This document shows positions 10,231 through 19,171 of a DNA stretch of 64,000 nt, in pieces. Position 1 is the first letter of the stretch. Each line of letters begins with the position of its first letter. Source of the stretch: Myxococcota bacterium. GTDB lineage: Bacteria > Myxococcota_A > UBA9160 > UBA4427. Both the position numbers and the translations under genes were made by a program. The stretch is taken from assembly GCA_965250285.1 (NCBI GenBank), contig OZ252299.1, forward strand, positions 64,001 to 128,000, given 5' to 3'. The notes under the pieces are model-generated. The model was not told the DNA's origin. It did not search any database and was given only the letters and a program-made list of their open reading frames with translations.

Positions 10231-10409
10231 GGGCGGCGCGCCCGCGCCGATTGAGGGCGGCGCGCCCTCGCCGATCGACGGCGGCGCGAGGTCGACTTCG
10301 GCTCGGCGAACATCCCGTGCGTGATAGGCTCGGGGTGCTCGTCTGGCCGGGCGTCGATGGCGGCGTAGGGCTGACCGAACGACGACGGCCGGGCACCGGG
10401 AGGCCCGCC

Positions 10410-11390
10410 GTGTCTCTGCGCATCGTCGCGCTCTTGCTGCTTGCGCTCGGCTGCAGCGACGCCTCCGATCGGTCCGAGACGCTCGACTTCGGTCCGATCG
10501 AGCGCGGCTATCCGCAGGCGACCGAACTCGAGACGTTCGAAGCGCGCGATGGCGCTTCGCTTGCGCTGCGCCACTACCCAGCCGCCGCACCGGTCGCCCT
10601 GGTGCTCTTCCATGGCTCCGGGGGGCACTCGCTCTATTTGTCCGAGCTCGCTGCCTCGATCGCGAACGCCGGCGTCGCCGAGGTCTACACGCCCGACCTG
10701 CGCGGTCATGGCGCCGACCCCGAGCGTCGGGGCGACATCGACTACATCGACCAGCTCGAGCACGATGCGGCCGACCTGATCGCCGAGATCCGACGTCGAA
10801 GCCCCGGCGCAGCGGTCGTCGTCGGAGGGCACTCTTCGGGTGGAGGCCTCGCGATTCGGCTCGCCGGGGCCGACGTGGCCGAGGCGCCCGATGGCTATCT
10901 GCTGCTCGCGCCGTTCTTGCAGCACGATGCGCCGACCGTTCGACCGAACTCGGGAGGATGGGCCAAGCCGAAGACGGGGCGCATCGTCGTGCTGTCGATC
11001 CTCAACGGGTTCGGTGTGACGGCCCTCAACGGGCTGACGGCGCTCGAGTTCGATCGTCCGCCCGGAAGCCGGACCGGCCTCGAGACCGACGCCTACAGCT
11101 ATCGCTTGATGACGGGCTTCGCACCCCGCGACTACCGGACCGACCTGCAGCGTCTGCGTGCGCCGACGCTCGTGCTGGTGGGCGACCGCGACGAAGCGTT
11201 CGTCGCCGATGCGTTCGCCGGCGTATTCGGAGAGTGGGCACCCCACGCGCGCGTCGATCTCGTGCCGAGTGCGGGGCACATCGGCCTCGTGTTCGAACCC
11301 GCGGTGCGCGAAGCCGTCGTGGCGTGGCTCGCCGAGGTCAACCTGAGTGCCGGCTCTGCACGTGGCGCGGTTCAGCTGTCGAGCTGGTAG
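10410..11390 (+). CDS. alpha/beta hydrolase, probable lipoprotein
   Basis: LLLALGC lipobox, HGSGG, DLRGHG, GHSSGG nucleophile, D...H triad. Confidence 0.85.
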   Translation: MSLRIVALLLLALGCSDASDRSETLDFGPIERGYPQATELETFEARDGASLALRHYPAAAPVALVLFHGSGGHSLYLSELAASIANAGVAEVYTPDLRGHGADPERRGDIDYIDQLEHDAADLIAEIRRRSPGAAVVVGGHSSGGGLAIRLAGADVAEAPDGYLLLAPFLQHDAPTVRPNSGGWAKPKTGRIVVLSILNGFGVTALNGLTALEFDRPPGSRTGLETDAYSYRLMTGFAPRDYRTDLQRLRAPTLVLVGDRDEAFVADAFAGVFGEWAPHARVDLVPSAGHIGLVFEPAVREAVVAWLAEVNLSAGSARGAVQLSSW

Positions 11391-12115
11391 CGCACGGGGA
11401 CCTCGATCCACGACACGCCCTCGGGTGGCGGCGGGAAGTCTCCGACCCGCTCGACGGCGCTGCGCGTGGCCTTCTCGAGCAGCTTGTGGGCCGGGTCGAC
11501 CATCTCGATCGCGCCGACGAGCCCGCCCGCCGTCAGCTGCAGCCGCATCAGCACCGTGCCTTCGACGCCGCGCCGCTCCGCTTGGCGCGGGTACCGCTTG
11601 CGATCGTCGATCAGCCGGCGGACGCGGCTGACATACAGGTTCACCTCGTCGGGATGGGCTTGCCCCGCGGTTTCGACGGTCGGGGCCGGAGCCGCGACCG
11701 CCGGGAGCGCCTGGGCCGGTGCTGTCTCGGGTTCGTTCGCCGGTTCGGCGGCCGGAGGTGGGGTTTCGACGATCTCGACGACTTCGGTGCGTTCACTGAC
11801 CTCGACGACCGGCTTCGGTGTCGGCTCGACCACCGGCTCGGTCACTGGTTCGAGTAAGGGCTTCGATACGGGGGCCGGCGCAGGTAAGGTGTCGGGCTCT
11901 GCGGGTGCGGTGGTCGTCTGGATCAGCGCGACCGACATCGCAGCGGGCGCATCTGTGAGTCGCACGGGCGTCGGCTCGGAGCCGAGCATTGCCCAGGCGC
12001 CGATCGCCACGACGTGCAGCGCGAGACTGACGGCCCACGCGACCGCTCGCCCGGAGTGCGGCGGCGTCGAACGCGGCCGCGTCGGGATGGATGCAAGAAG
12101 GGTCGCCTCCGCCAC
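11372..12115 (-). CDS. tonB: energy transducer TonB
   Basis: SLALH TM motif, Pro-rich linker, YPRQAERRGVEGTV C-terminal domain. Confidence 0.9.
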   Translation of the reverse strand: MAEATLLASIPTRPRSTPPHSGRAVAWAVSLALHVVAIGAWAMLGSEPTPVRLTDAPAAMSVALIQTTTAPAEPDTLPAPAPVSKPLLEPVTEPVVEPTPKPVVEVSERTEVVEIVETPPPAAEPANEPETAPAQALPAVAAPAPTVETAGQAHPDEVNLYVSRVRRLIDDRKRYPRQAERRGVEGTVLMRLQLTAGGLVGAIEMVDPAHKLLEKATRSAVERVGDFPPPPEGVSWIEVPVRYQLDS

Positions 12116-12133
12116 AGGGGTCTGCTCCGGTGC

Positions 12134-12508
12134 CTACTTGGTGAGGATCAGGCGGTCGTTGCGGGTGAGGCGCAGCGTGTAGATCTCGCCCGCGTGCTCG
12201 ATGTGCAGCACCCGGCCGTCTCCGAGCAGCTCGCGCGCGTCGAGCGTGCGCGGCAGGATCGTCGGTCGCAGGGCGGCCTCGACGTCGAGCTCGTTCTCTT
12301 CGGGGCGAGGCGACGATTTCGGGGCCGCGGTGGGCTCGGGGCGAGGCGACGAATTCAGGGCCGCGGTGGGCTCGGGGCGAGGCGACGATTTCGGGGCCGC
12401 GGTGGGCTCGGGGCGAGGCGACGATTTCAGGGCCGCGGTGGGCGCCGCTGATTCGGGCGCCTCGGATCGTTCGCTGGGTTGGCCATCCGGTTCGCGATCG
12501 CGCGTCAT
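12134..12508 (-). CDS. hemP: HemP paralog with repeat-expanded N-terminus
   Basis: C-terminus ...LHIEHAGEIYTLRLTRNDRLILTK; GGAGG RBS. Confidence 0.85.
   Translation of the reverse strand: MTRDREPDGQPSERSEAPESAAPTAALKSSPRPEPTAAPKSSPRPEPTAALNSSPRPEPTAAPKSSPRPEENELDVEAALRPTILPRTLDARELLGDGRVLHIEHAGEIYTLRLTRNDRLILTK
12301..12442. repeat. 36-bp tandem repeat x4 (encodes PTAA[P/L][K/N]SSPRPE)
   Basis: Units start at 12301, 12337, 12373 and 12409. Confidence 0.95.
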
Positions 12509-12627
12509 CGCGGGCCTCCTCGTGCGGGTCGAAACCCGGGTGGGGGAGGGGGCTCGCGTTTCGGGCTGGCGGATGGCTGGCCACGAGACTCCCGGCGCAC
12601 CTGTCGCGGTGCGCCGAGCATACTATT

Positions 12628-12646
12628 GAAATTGACAATCGTTTTC
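12628..12646. promoter_or_regulatory. Fur-box-like operator in divergent promoter
   Basis: GAAATTGACAATCGTTTTC, 14/19 match; contains TTGACA; lies between hemP2 and the chuX-like gene. Confidence 0.75.
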
Positions 12647-12772
12647 AACGATGTAGAGTGATTGGCGAGCCAGCCGGGGCCCTTCCCCCGCCAGCCGAAT
12701 CCAGACGCACGCGAGCCTCTCCCTCCGCCCGGCGCACATGCCAGCGGCGGCCAGGCTCGTCTTGGAGACGGC

Positions 12773-13231
12773 ATGGCGAATCCGACCCCCCCTGGCGCGG
12801 CGACCCCGCTCGAAGCGGAGCCCACCCTCGAAGCGCTCTTCGATCGTCTCATCGGCCTCGGTCCGTTCCGGATCATCCATCAGGTCGGGCCGAGCACGTT
12901 CGAGGCCATCGCGCGCATCGTCCCGATGACGGTGGTGGGTCCGTTTCTGAACGTCATCTGTGACGACTACCACTGGCACTTGAAGCTCGACGGCATCGGC
13001 CACGCACAGAGCTTCGATCAGACGCACGCGCGCAGCGGCCGGCGCGTGCTCTTTCTCGCGCTCGCTGACCGCGCGCCGGGCGAGGGCGGCGAGGTGTTCA
13101 CCCGCCTCTACGTCCACCGCGCCAAAGGCGCCGAGTTCGACCCCGACGTACTCGAGGGCTTCCTGGCGCTGCACGGCCGGCTGAAGGGCGGGGTCACCCT
13201 CGCCGCTCCCGAACCCACTTCGGACCGCTAA
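12773..13231 (+). CDS. ChuX/HutX-like heme utilisation/trafficking protein
   Basis: GGAG RBS; LGPFRII...STFEA...FLNV...HWHLKLDGI...RLYVHR pattern; heme-locus context. Confidence 0.65.
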   Translation: MANPTPPGAATPLEAEPTLEALFDRLIGLGPFRIIHQVGPSTFEAIARIVPMTVVGPFLNVICDDYHWHLKLDGIGHAQSFDQTHARSGRRVLFLALADRAPGEGGEVFTRLYVHRAKGAEFDPDVLEGFLALHGRLKGGVTLAAPEPTSDR

Positions 13232-13256
13232 CGCGAAACCGACGGAGACTCGAACC

Positions 13257-14189
13257 GTGACCTTCCAACGATGCGGGCGCTGCGCGCTCGCCTCATTCCT
13301 CCTTGCTCTCAGCGTGTCGGTCGCGCTGCCGGTGGCGGCGGTCGACGACTCGGAGTCGGTGCGCTGGGCGTCGCTGCTGCCCTTCGTGGGCACCGCGCTT
13401 CGTGGAGCCGGGCCCGAGTACGCGCCCGTCGCCGAGGTGCGCGCATCGATGCATCAACCGCCGCCCGCTGGCGCGGCCGATCTCGGTTCGGCCCATCAGC
13501 CGAACTTCGAGGTGCTCGTCGGGTCGCGGCCGGCGTTCGTCGTCGGCGACCGCGTGCTGCATGCGTCGCTCGTGTCGAAGCTCGAGCCGGCCGCGGTCGA
13601 GCTGGTGCTGCTCGACACGTCGAGCATCGACGGCACGCTCGACGGGTTGGCGCGGGTCGCCGAGCGAGTCGGCGCTTCAGGGGTGATGGCGACCGATCTC
13701 ACGCACGTCCGTCAGGCGCTCGCAGAGATCGAGATCGAGGGCGATCCCGAGGTGCTTCCGCTGTACGGCGTGCCCGGCCGCTACCTGCTGCTCACCGAGC
13801 AGACCTGGGTGGGCGATCTCATCACGTCGAGCGGGGGGAGACTGACGTCGCCCGAAGGCCTCGCTCCGCCCAGCGACGCGTCGTCGAAGCGACGCGCGCG
13901 GCACCCCGGCTACATCCAGGTCAGCGATGAGTGGCTGACCGCACAGCGCCCCGACGCCGTGCTGCTGCTGAGTCACGGCGACCCCGCCGCGATCGCAGCT
14001 TCATTTCGAAAGCGCATCGCCGAGGGCGGGGCCTGGGCACCGCTGGCCGAGTCGACGGGTGGCCGCGTCTACGCGCTGTCGCCCGCGCTGTTCTCGACCA
14101 ACCCGGGCCTCGGCCTGGCCGAGGCGGCGCAGGAGCTGCGGCGGGTGCTCGGCGCGCCCCCGGCCGTGGCGGCGGGGCCGACGCAGTGA
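13257..14189 (+). CDS. ABC iron/heme periplasmic binding protein
   Basis: Signal peptide, LGSAHQPNFEVL, class III SBP layout; upstream of a FecCD permease. Confidence 0.85.
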   Translation: MTFQRCGRCALASFLLALSVSVALPVAAVDDSESVRWASLLPFVGTALRGAGPEYAPVAEVRASMHQPPPAGAADLGSAHQPNFEVLVGSRPAFVVGDRVLHASLVSKLEPAAVELVLLDTSSIDGTLDGLARVAERVGASGVMATDLTHVRQALAEIEIEGDPEVLPLYGVPGRYLLLTEQTWVGDLITSSGGRLTSPEGLAPPSDASSKRRARHPGYIQVSDEWLTAQRPDAVLLLSHGDPAAIAASFRKRIAEGGAWAPLAESTGGRVYALSPALFSTNPGLGLAEAAQELRRVLGAPPAVAAGPTQ

Positions 14190-15226
14190 ACGTGGGGGTC
14201 GCACGCTGGCTGCCCCGCAGCTGGGCGCTCGCGCTCGGCTCGGGCGGCTTCGTGCCCGCCGGGCTCGCGTTTGCGGCCGGCGCGGCCGCGCTCGGCGTGT
14301 CGATCCTCGTCTCGCTGTCGATGGGGGCGGCTGACGTGCCGCTGACCGAGGTGCCGACGGCGCTACTGACCGATGCGCACCCGCTCTCGGCCGTCGTCCA
14401 GCAGGTGCGCGCGCCGCGCGTCTTCGCGGGCGTCTTCGTCGGCGTCGCGCTCGCCACCGCGGGTGTGCTGATGCAGACGGTCGTCCGCAATCCGCTCGCC
14501 GATCCCGGGCTCCTCGGCGTCACGGCGGGCGCCGGTCTCGGCGTGTTGCTCGCCATGCTTCTCTGGCCCGAGCTCGTGGCGCTGCGCCCGGTGCTCGGCC
14601 TCGGTGGCGGCCTGCTGGCCGCGGGCGTCGTGGTCGCGCTCTCGTGGGGGCACTCGATTCGGGCCGTCCCGCTGCGCATCGTGCTCTCGGGCGTGGCGAT
14701 GCAGGCGATCTTCTTTTCGGCCATCGCGCTGCTCACGTTCATCTTCGCCGACCGTGCCCCGGCGTTCGTCGCGTTCACCGTCGGCTCGGTCTCGGGGCTC
14801 GGGTGGGCCGACGTGTGGCTCGTGGGGCTGCCTTCGATCGTGGGGGGGCTGCTCGCCTTCGCGCTGATCCCGGTGCTCGACCTGTTGTTGCTCGACGATG
14901 CGTCGGCAGCCGGCGTCGGCATGCCGGTCCGTCGCGCCCGGCTCGGTGTCTCGATCGTCGCTGCGTGCCTCGTCGCGAGCGCGGTGTCGGTCGCCGGGCT
15001 GATCGGTTTCGTCGGTCTCGTCGTGCCGAACGCGGCGCGACTGCAGGTGGGTCCGAGCCATCTCGCGTTGCTCGGAACGTCGGTGCTCTTCGGCGGAGCG
15101 CTCGTGGTGTTGGCTGACAGTGCGGCCCGGCTTCTGCTGTCGCCGGTCGAACTGCCGGTCGGCGCGCTGCTCGCCGCGATCGGCGGGCCGTACTTTCTCT
15201 GGCTGCTCTGGCGAGGGGACGTATGA
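14186..15226 (+). CDS. FecCD/HmuU-family ABC permease
   Basis: GTGA overlap; RAPR, RNPLADPGLLGV, GLIGFVGLVVP, GGPYFLWLL. Confidence 0.93.
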   Translation: MNVGVARWLPRSWALALGSGGFVPAGLAFAAGAAALGVSILVSLSMGAADVPLTEVPTALLTDAHPLSAVVQQVRAPRVFAGVFVGVALATAGVLMQTVVRNPLADPGLLGVTAGAGLGVLLAMLLWPELVALRPVLGLGGGLLAAGVVVALSWGHSIRAVPLRIVLSGVAMQAIFFSAIALLTFIFADRAPAFVAFTVGSVSGLGWADVWLVGLPSIVGGLLAFALIPVLDLLLLDDASAAGVGMPVRRARLGVSIVAACLVASAVSVAGLIGFVGLVVPNAARLQVGPSHLALLGTSVLFGGALVVLADSAARLLLSPVELPVGALLAAIGGPYFLWLLWRGDV

Positions 15227-16065
15227 CCTCGCAGGCCTCGACGACCAGCACGCCGCCGCCCGGCGGCAAGGGGCTGCGCGCCGAGCGCGTCCATGTTCGC
15301 CACGACGGCGCCGACCGCGACGTGCTGCGCGACGTGACCGTGTCACTCGAGCCCGGTGAGATCCTCGCGCTCGTTGGGCCGAACGGGTCGGGCAAGTCGA
15401 CGCTCCTCGCCACACTGGCCGGTGAGCTCGTTCCGCACAAGGGCACGGCGACGCTCGATGGCGTGGCGTGTCACCGCGTACCGCGCCGGACCTTTGCACG
15501 TCGTGTCGCGCGACTGCCCCAAGAGCCTCAGGCGCCGCCGGGCCTCACGGTACGCGAGCTCGTGCGTCTCGGTCGCTTCGCACATCGGTCGCCGATCGCG
15601 CCGCTCCGTGCAGAGGACGAGCACCGCGTGCAGTGGGCGCTGCGTCGACTCGAGATCGATGACTTTGCGTCGCGGCCCGTGATGTCGCTCTCGGGCGGTG
15701 AGCGGCGACGCGCGTGGCTGGCCATGGTGCTGGCTCAGGGGGCGCAGATGCTGCTGCTCGACGAGCCGACGTCGGCGCTCGATCTGTTGCATGAGTGGGA
15801 GATTCTCGAGCTACTCGTCGAGCTCAACCGCGAAGAAGGCATCGCCATCGTCGTCTCGCTGCACGACCTCGCGCACGCCGCGCGCATTGCGCACCGCGCA
15901 GTGGTGCTTCACCGCGGTCGTATCTACGACGTCGGCCCGCCCGAGGTCTGCCTCGATCCCGACCTGCTCCGCGACGTGTTTCGCGTCGAGGCGGCGCTGA
16001 TCGGCGACGGAGCCGATCGGCGCATTCACGTGAAGGGGCGGGGCTTGCCCGTCCGCAGCCTCTGA
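15223..16065 (+). CDS. ABC ATPase (FecE/HmuV-like)
   Basis: GPNGSGKST, LSGGE, LLLDEPT, HD switch. Confidence 0.95.
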   Translation: MTSQASTTSTPPPGGKGLRAERVHVRHDGADRDVLRDVTVSLEPGEILALVGPNGSGKSTLLATLAGELVPHKGTATLDGVACHRVPRRTFARRVARLPQEPQAPPGLTVRELVRLGRFAHRSPIAPLRAEDEHRVQWALRRLEIDDFASRPVMSLSGGERRRAWLAMVLAQGAQMLLLDEPTSALDLLHEWEILELLVELNREEGIAIVVSLHDLAHAARIAHRAVVLHRGRIYDVGPPEVCLDPDLLRDVFRVEAALIGDGADRRIHVKGRGLPVRSL

Positions 16066-16085
16066 CACTCGATCAGGAGACCGAG

Positions 16086-16715
16086 ATGAATTCGTTCGAC
16101 AAGGGTCCCGACATGCCGCGCGAGGTGATCGACTGGCAGGTCGACCTGCGCATGCACACGATGGAAGAGCGCGCGGGCGCCCCCCACGCTGGCGTCTGTC
16201 CGCTGGTCACCGTGCGGCACGGTCGCGGGCCCGCCGACTTCACGAGCTACTCGATCGTCTGCGGTCTACTGCCTCACCGCGACGTCCTCGAAGAGAAGAC
16301 GAAAGAGTTTCGGCAGCTCTACGAAGAGCACCAGGGGCTCGGCGCACGCGCTCTCTACGACGCCGGTCTCGAGTACCTGAAGGGCTACTACACCGACGCC
16401 TCCAAGTTCGACGCCGCGAGCATTACGACGCTGTTGCCCGAAGACGCGCCGGTGGTCGACGCGCTGAAGAAGACCCCCGAATGTGGGCTCGTCTTCTACG
16501 TGCCGGATCTGACCGAACAGCGCGACGTCTTGAAGTTTCGTTGTCTTCACATGGAGGCGTTTGCCCATGTGCTCGACTCGGGTGCCGTCTACGACAACGT
16601 GTGGTGGCACAACACGCTCTTTCACGGGATGGCCGAGGACCACGTGGTGATCCACTTCCGTCACCGCGCCACATGGGATACGCGCTTCGGTCGCCTCGAG
16701 GCGATGAGGGGCTGA
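16086..16715 (+). CDS. hypothetical protein, possibly pyridoxamine 5'-phosphate oxidase-like split barrel
   Basis: AGGAG RBS; ALKKTPECGLVFY and VYDNVWWHNTLFH resemble FMN/heme split-barrel proteins (recalled similarity, not searched). Confidence 0.55.
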   Translation: MNSFDKGPDMPREVIDWQVDLRMHTMEERAGAPHAGVCPLVTVRHGRGPADFTSYSIVCGLLPHRDVLEEKTKEFRQLYEEHQGLGARALYDAGLEYLKGYYTDASKFDAASITTLLPEDAPVVDALKKTPECGLVFYVPDLTEQRDVLKFRCLHMEAFAHVLDSGAVYDNVWWHNTLFHGMAEDHVVIHFRHRATWDTRFGRLEAMRG

Positions 16716-16850
16716 CCCCTGGGCCGCGATGAATCCAGCCCGCGAGCGTCCACGAGACGCCCAGCCAGCGAACAACCCTGGAGGGGGTCCGCGATGGCCC
16801 CGAGAACGCCGGCGCGAGTCGTTCGAGCCGGCGAAACGAAGGAACCGAAG

Positions 16851-17552
16851 ATGTCTGGCAAGTCGATGATGATGAAGACGGCGCTCGCTGGGGCGCTCGT
16901 TCTGGTATGGGTAGGCAGCGCGCAGGCGCTGACCGTACCGTTCGAAGAAACGTTCGAAGGCGGCGACGCAGGTTGGACCAACGCGATCAACGCGCCGCTG
17001 AACTATGTCGTCGGGGGCGGCTCTGACGGCGGCAACTACGTGTCTCAGGAGTACAACTACTTCGAGTACGAGAGCCCGTTCGGCGGTGGCCCGGTGCTGT
17101 TCCGCGCGAACGGTGGCACGGGTGCGAGCGGCGGTGCGTTCGTCGGTGACTGGCTCGCGGCGGGCGTGACCGAGGTGTCGATCCGGTTCCGGCACGACGC
17201 GCCGGTGCCGCTCGAGCTCTTCATGCGTGTGGCGACGCTGGGCAACTTTCCGGGCGCGATCGTCCCGTTCTTCGGCGTCGCACAGCCCGGGGTGTGGAAC
17301 GAGATCTCGTTTCTGGTCGACCCCGATAGCCCGGCCTGTATCCCGGAAGGCGGGACCTGCGCGGCCGCGTTCTCCAACGTGGGCAACCTGCAGTTCGGAT
17401 CGAACGCGCCCGCCGCGCTCGTCGCGACCGATCAGGCCTGGACGATCGATCTGGATCAGGTCTCGGTGATCCCCGAGCCCGGAACGGCGCTGCTCGTCGG
17501 CTGCGGTCTCGTCGCCCTCGGCGCGCGCCGCCAGCGGCCGCGGTCGGTGTAG
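16851..17552 (+). CDS. PEP-CTERM surface protein
   Basis: Signal peptide; VIPEPGTALLVGCGLVALGARRQR tail. Confidence 0.9.
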   Translation: MSGKSMMMKTALAGALVLVWVGSAQALTVPFEETFEGGDAGWTNAINAPLNYVVGGGSDGGNYVSQEYNYFEYESPFGGGPVLFRANGGTGASGGAFVGDWLAAGVTEVSIRFRHDAPVPLELFMRVATLGNFPGAIVPFFGVAQPGVWNEISFLVDPDSPACIPEGGTCAAAFSNVGNLQFGSNAPAALVATDQAWTIDLDQVSVIPEPGTALLVGCGLVALGARRQRPRSV

Positions 17553-17642
17553 TCCCTCGACGCGGAGACGGAGCCGCTCGAGCGGCCCCGTCTTCGCGCC
17601 GAGGCATCCGGTGTGATTCGTGGCCGGACTCGAGAGTGAAGG

Positions 17643-18758
17643 GTGCCTGAGATGACCCAGCGAAGTGCCGCGCATTCGGCCGACAGCCAGGTCCAGCTCG
17701 ACTGGATCGATCGACTCGCTCTGCTCTGCTTCTGCGCAGCGACCGCGCTCATCGTCGTCACGATGGGCGCGGGCGAGGCGCGAGCCGAGTTCGGCGACTC
17801 GGCCGCGCCGCCCCTGCGGCTGACGGCGGACGAGGCCGATGCGCAACCGGCGGCGACCGCGCCGGCGACGACGGGGGTGCCCGACGTCGCGGCCGAAGTC
17901 GTCGCAAGCGCGGTCGATCGACCGGCACCGAGCGAGTCGGACGCAGCTGCGGGCGAGACTTCGAACGCAGCGGGCCAGGCTCTGAACGCAGCGGGCGCCG
18001 AGGGACCCGAGGCGACGCCGCCGGGGCCGGCGATCGTCGTCGAGGAGGAGGAGCTCATCGGCGCGTCGGCGGCATCGGCGGCTCGAACGGCGCCCGACGT
18101 GTCTGCGGCTCCCGTAGACACGATCGTGCCCGATGAGATCGAGCGTCGAATCGTGCAAGGCGGCTGGGTGATGGGCGCGCTGTTCGGGTGCTCGCTCCTC
18201 GTCGTGGCCGTGGCCGTCGAACGGTGCATCGCAACGCGACGCGCGCTCGTCTGGCCTGCGCGGCTCGAGGCGCTGATCTCGCGCGCCGACGGCGTCGATC
18301 GAGACGCCCTGCGTGTCGAGGTCAAGTCGGGCGCCTCGGTGGGTGAACTGCTCGTGCGAGCCGGTCTTCGTGCGGAGGAGAACGGCGCCGCGGATGCGGC
18401 CGGCGTCGTTGCGGAGATCGGTTTGCGCGAGGTCGCTCGACTGCGCACGGGCCTGCCCCTGCTCGCCACGCTGGCGAACATGGCGACGATGCTGGGCCTC
18501 TTCGGCACCGTGCTCGGAATGATCGATGCATTCGAGCTGATCGCGGCGCAGGGGACGGGCGATCCTCGGGTCGTGGCCGACGGCATCTTCAAGGCGCTGG
18601 TGACGACCGCGGCCGGGCTCGGGATCGGCATCACCGCGCTGGCCATCCACGCCGCGCTCGGTGCCCGTGTGAATGGGCGGGTGCGTGAGCTCGAAGACGG
18701 CTTGGGTGCGATCTTCGACCCCGCTGCGGCCGCTCCGTCCCCGGCGAACGCGTCGTGA
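17643..18758 (+). CDS. exbB: MotA/TolQ/ExbB proton channel with long N-terminal extension
   Basis: GGWVM, ATMLGLFGTVLGMIDAF, GIFKALVTTAAGL. Confidence 0.9.
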   Translation: MPEMTQRSAAHSADSQVQLDWIDRLALLCFCAATALIVVTMGAGEARAEFGDSAAPPLRLTADEADAQPAATAPATTGVPDVAAEVVASAVDRPAPSESDAAAGETSNAAGQALNAAGAEGPEATPPGPAIVVEEEELIGASAASAARTAPDVSAAPVDTIVPDEIERRIVQGGWVMGALFGCSLLVVAVAVERCIATRRALVWPARLEALISRADGVDRDALRVEVKSGASVGELLVRAGLRAEENGAADAAGVVAEIGLREVARLRTGLPLLATLANMATMLGLFGTVLGMIDAFELIAAQGTGDPRVVADGIFKALVTTAAGLGIGITALAIHAALGARVNGRVRELEDGLGAIFDPAAAAPSPANAS

Positions 18759-19171
18759 AGCTCGACGCGCCGGTCGAGAACGATCCCAGCCTGGGCGTCG
18801 CACCGCTGCTCGACATCGTCTTCCTGCTGCTCGTGTTCTTCATGGTGACGACCAGCTTCACGACGGCCGAGCTGCCCCTCGATCTCGCCGATGCTGAGAG
18901 CGCTGCGGCCAACCCCGATCCGCAAGAGCCCCTGATGGTCGAGATTTCGGTCGAGGGGGTCCCCCACATCGACGGCGAGCCGGTCGAGGAGGTCGCGCTC
19001 ACCGGGATCATCGAGGCGCGATCGGAGTCGGGCGAGACGCGCATCGTCGTGCGCGCCGACGAAGCCACGCCCCACGGCGCCGTCGTCGGCGTGCTCGACC
19101 TGGCGCGCAGCGGCGGGCTGCGCGACGTGGCGATCGCGGTCGACGCGCCGGCAGCGGCCGCCGCTCCTTAG
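18755..19171 (+). CDS. exbD: ExbD/TolR biopolymer transport protein
   Basis: PLLDIVFLLLVFFMVT; VRAD...HGAVVGVLD. Confidence 0.93.
   Translation: MKLDAPVENDPSLGVAPLLDIVFLLLVFFMVTTSFTTAELPLDLADAESAAANPDPQEPLMVEISVEGVPHIDGEPVEEVALTGIIEARSESGETRIVVRADEATPHGAVVGVLDLARSGGLRDVAIAVDAPAAAAAP

Noticed and set aside
10229..10289. 24-bp GC-rich direct repeat (~2.5 copies) after the DNRLRE-like gene
   Set aside because: Short low-complexity intergenic duplication with no supportable function.
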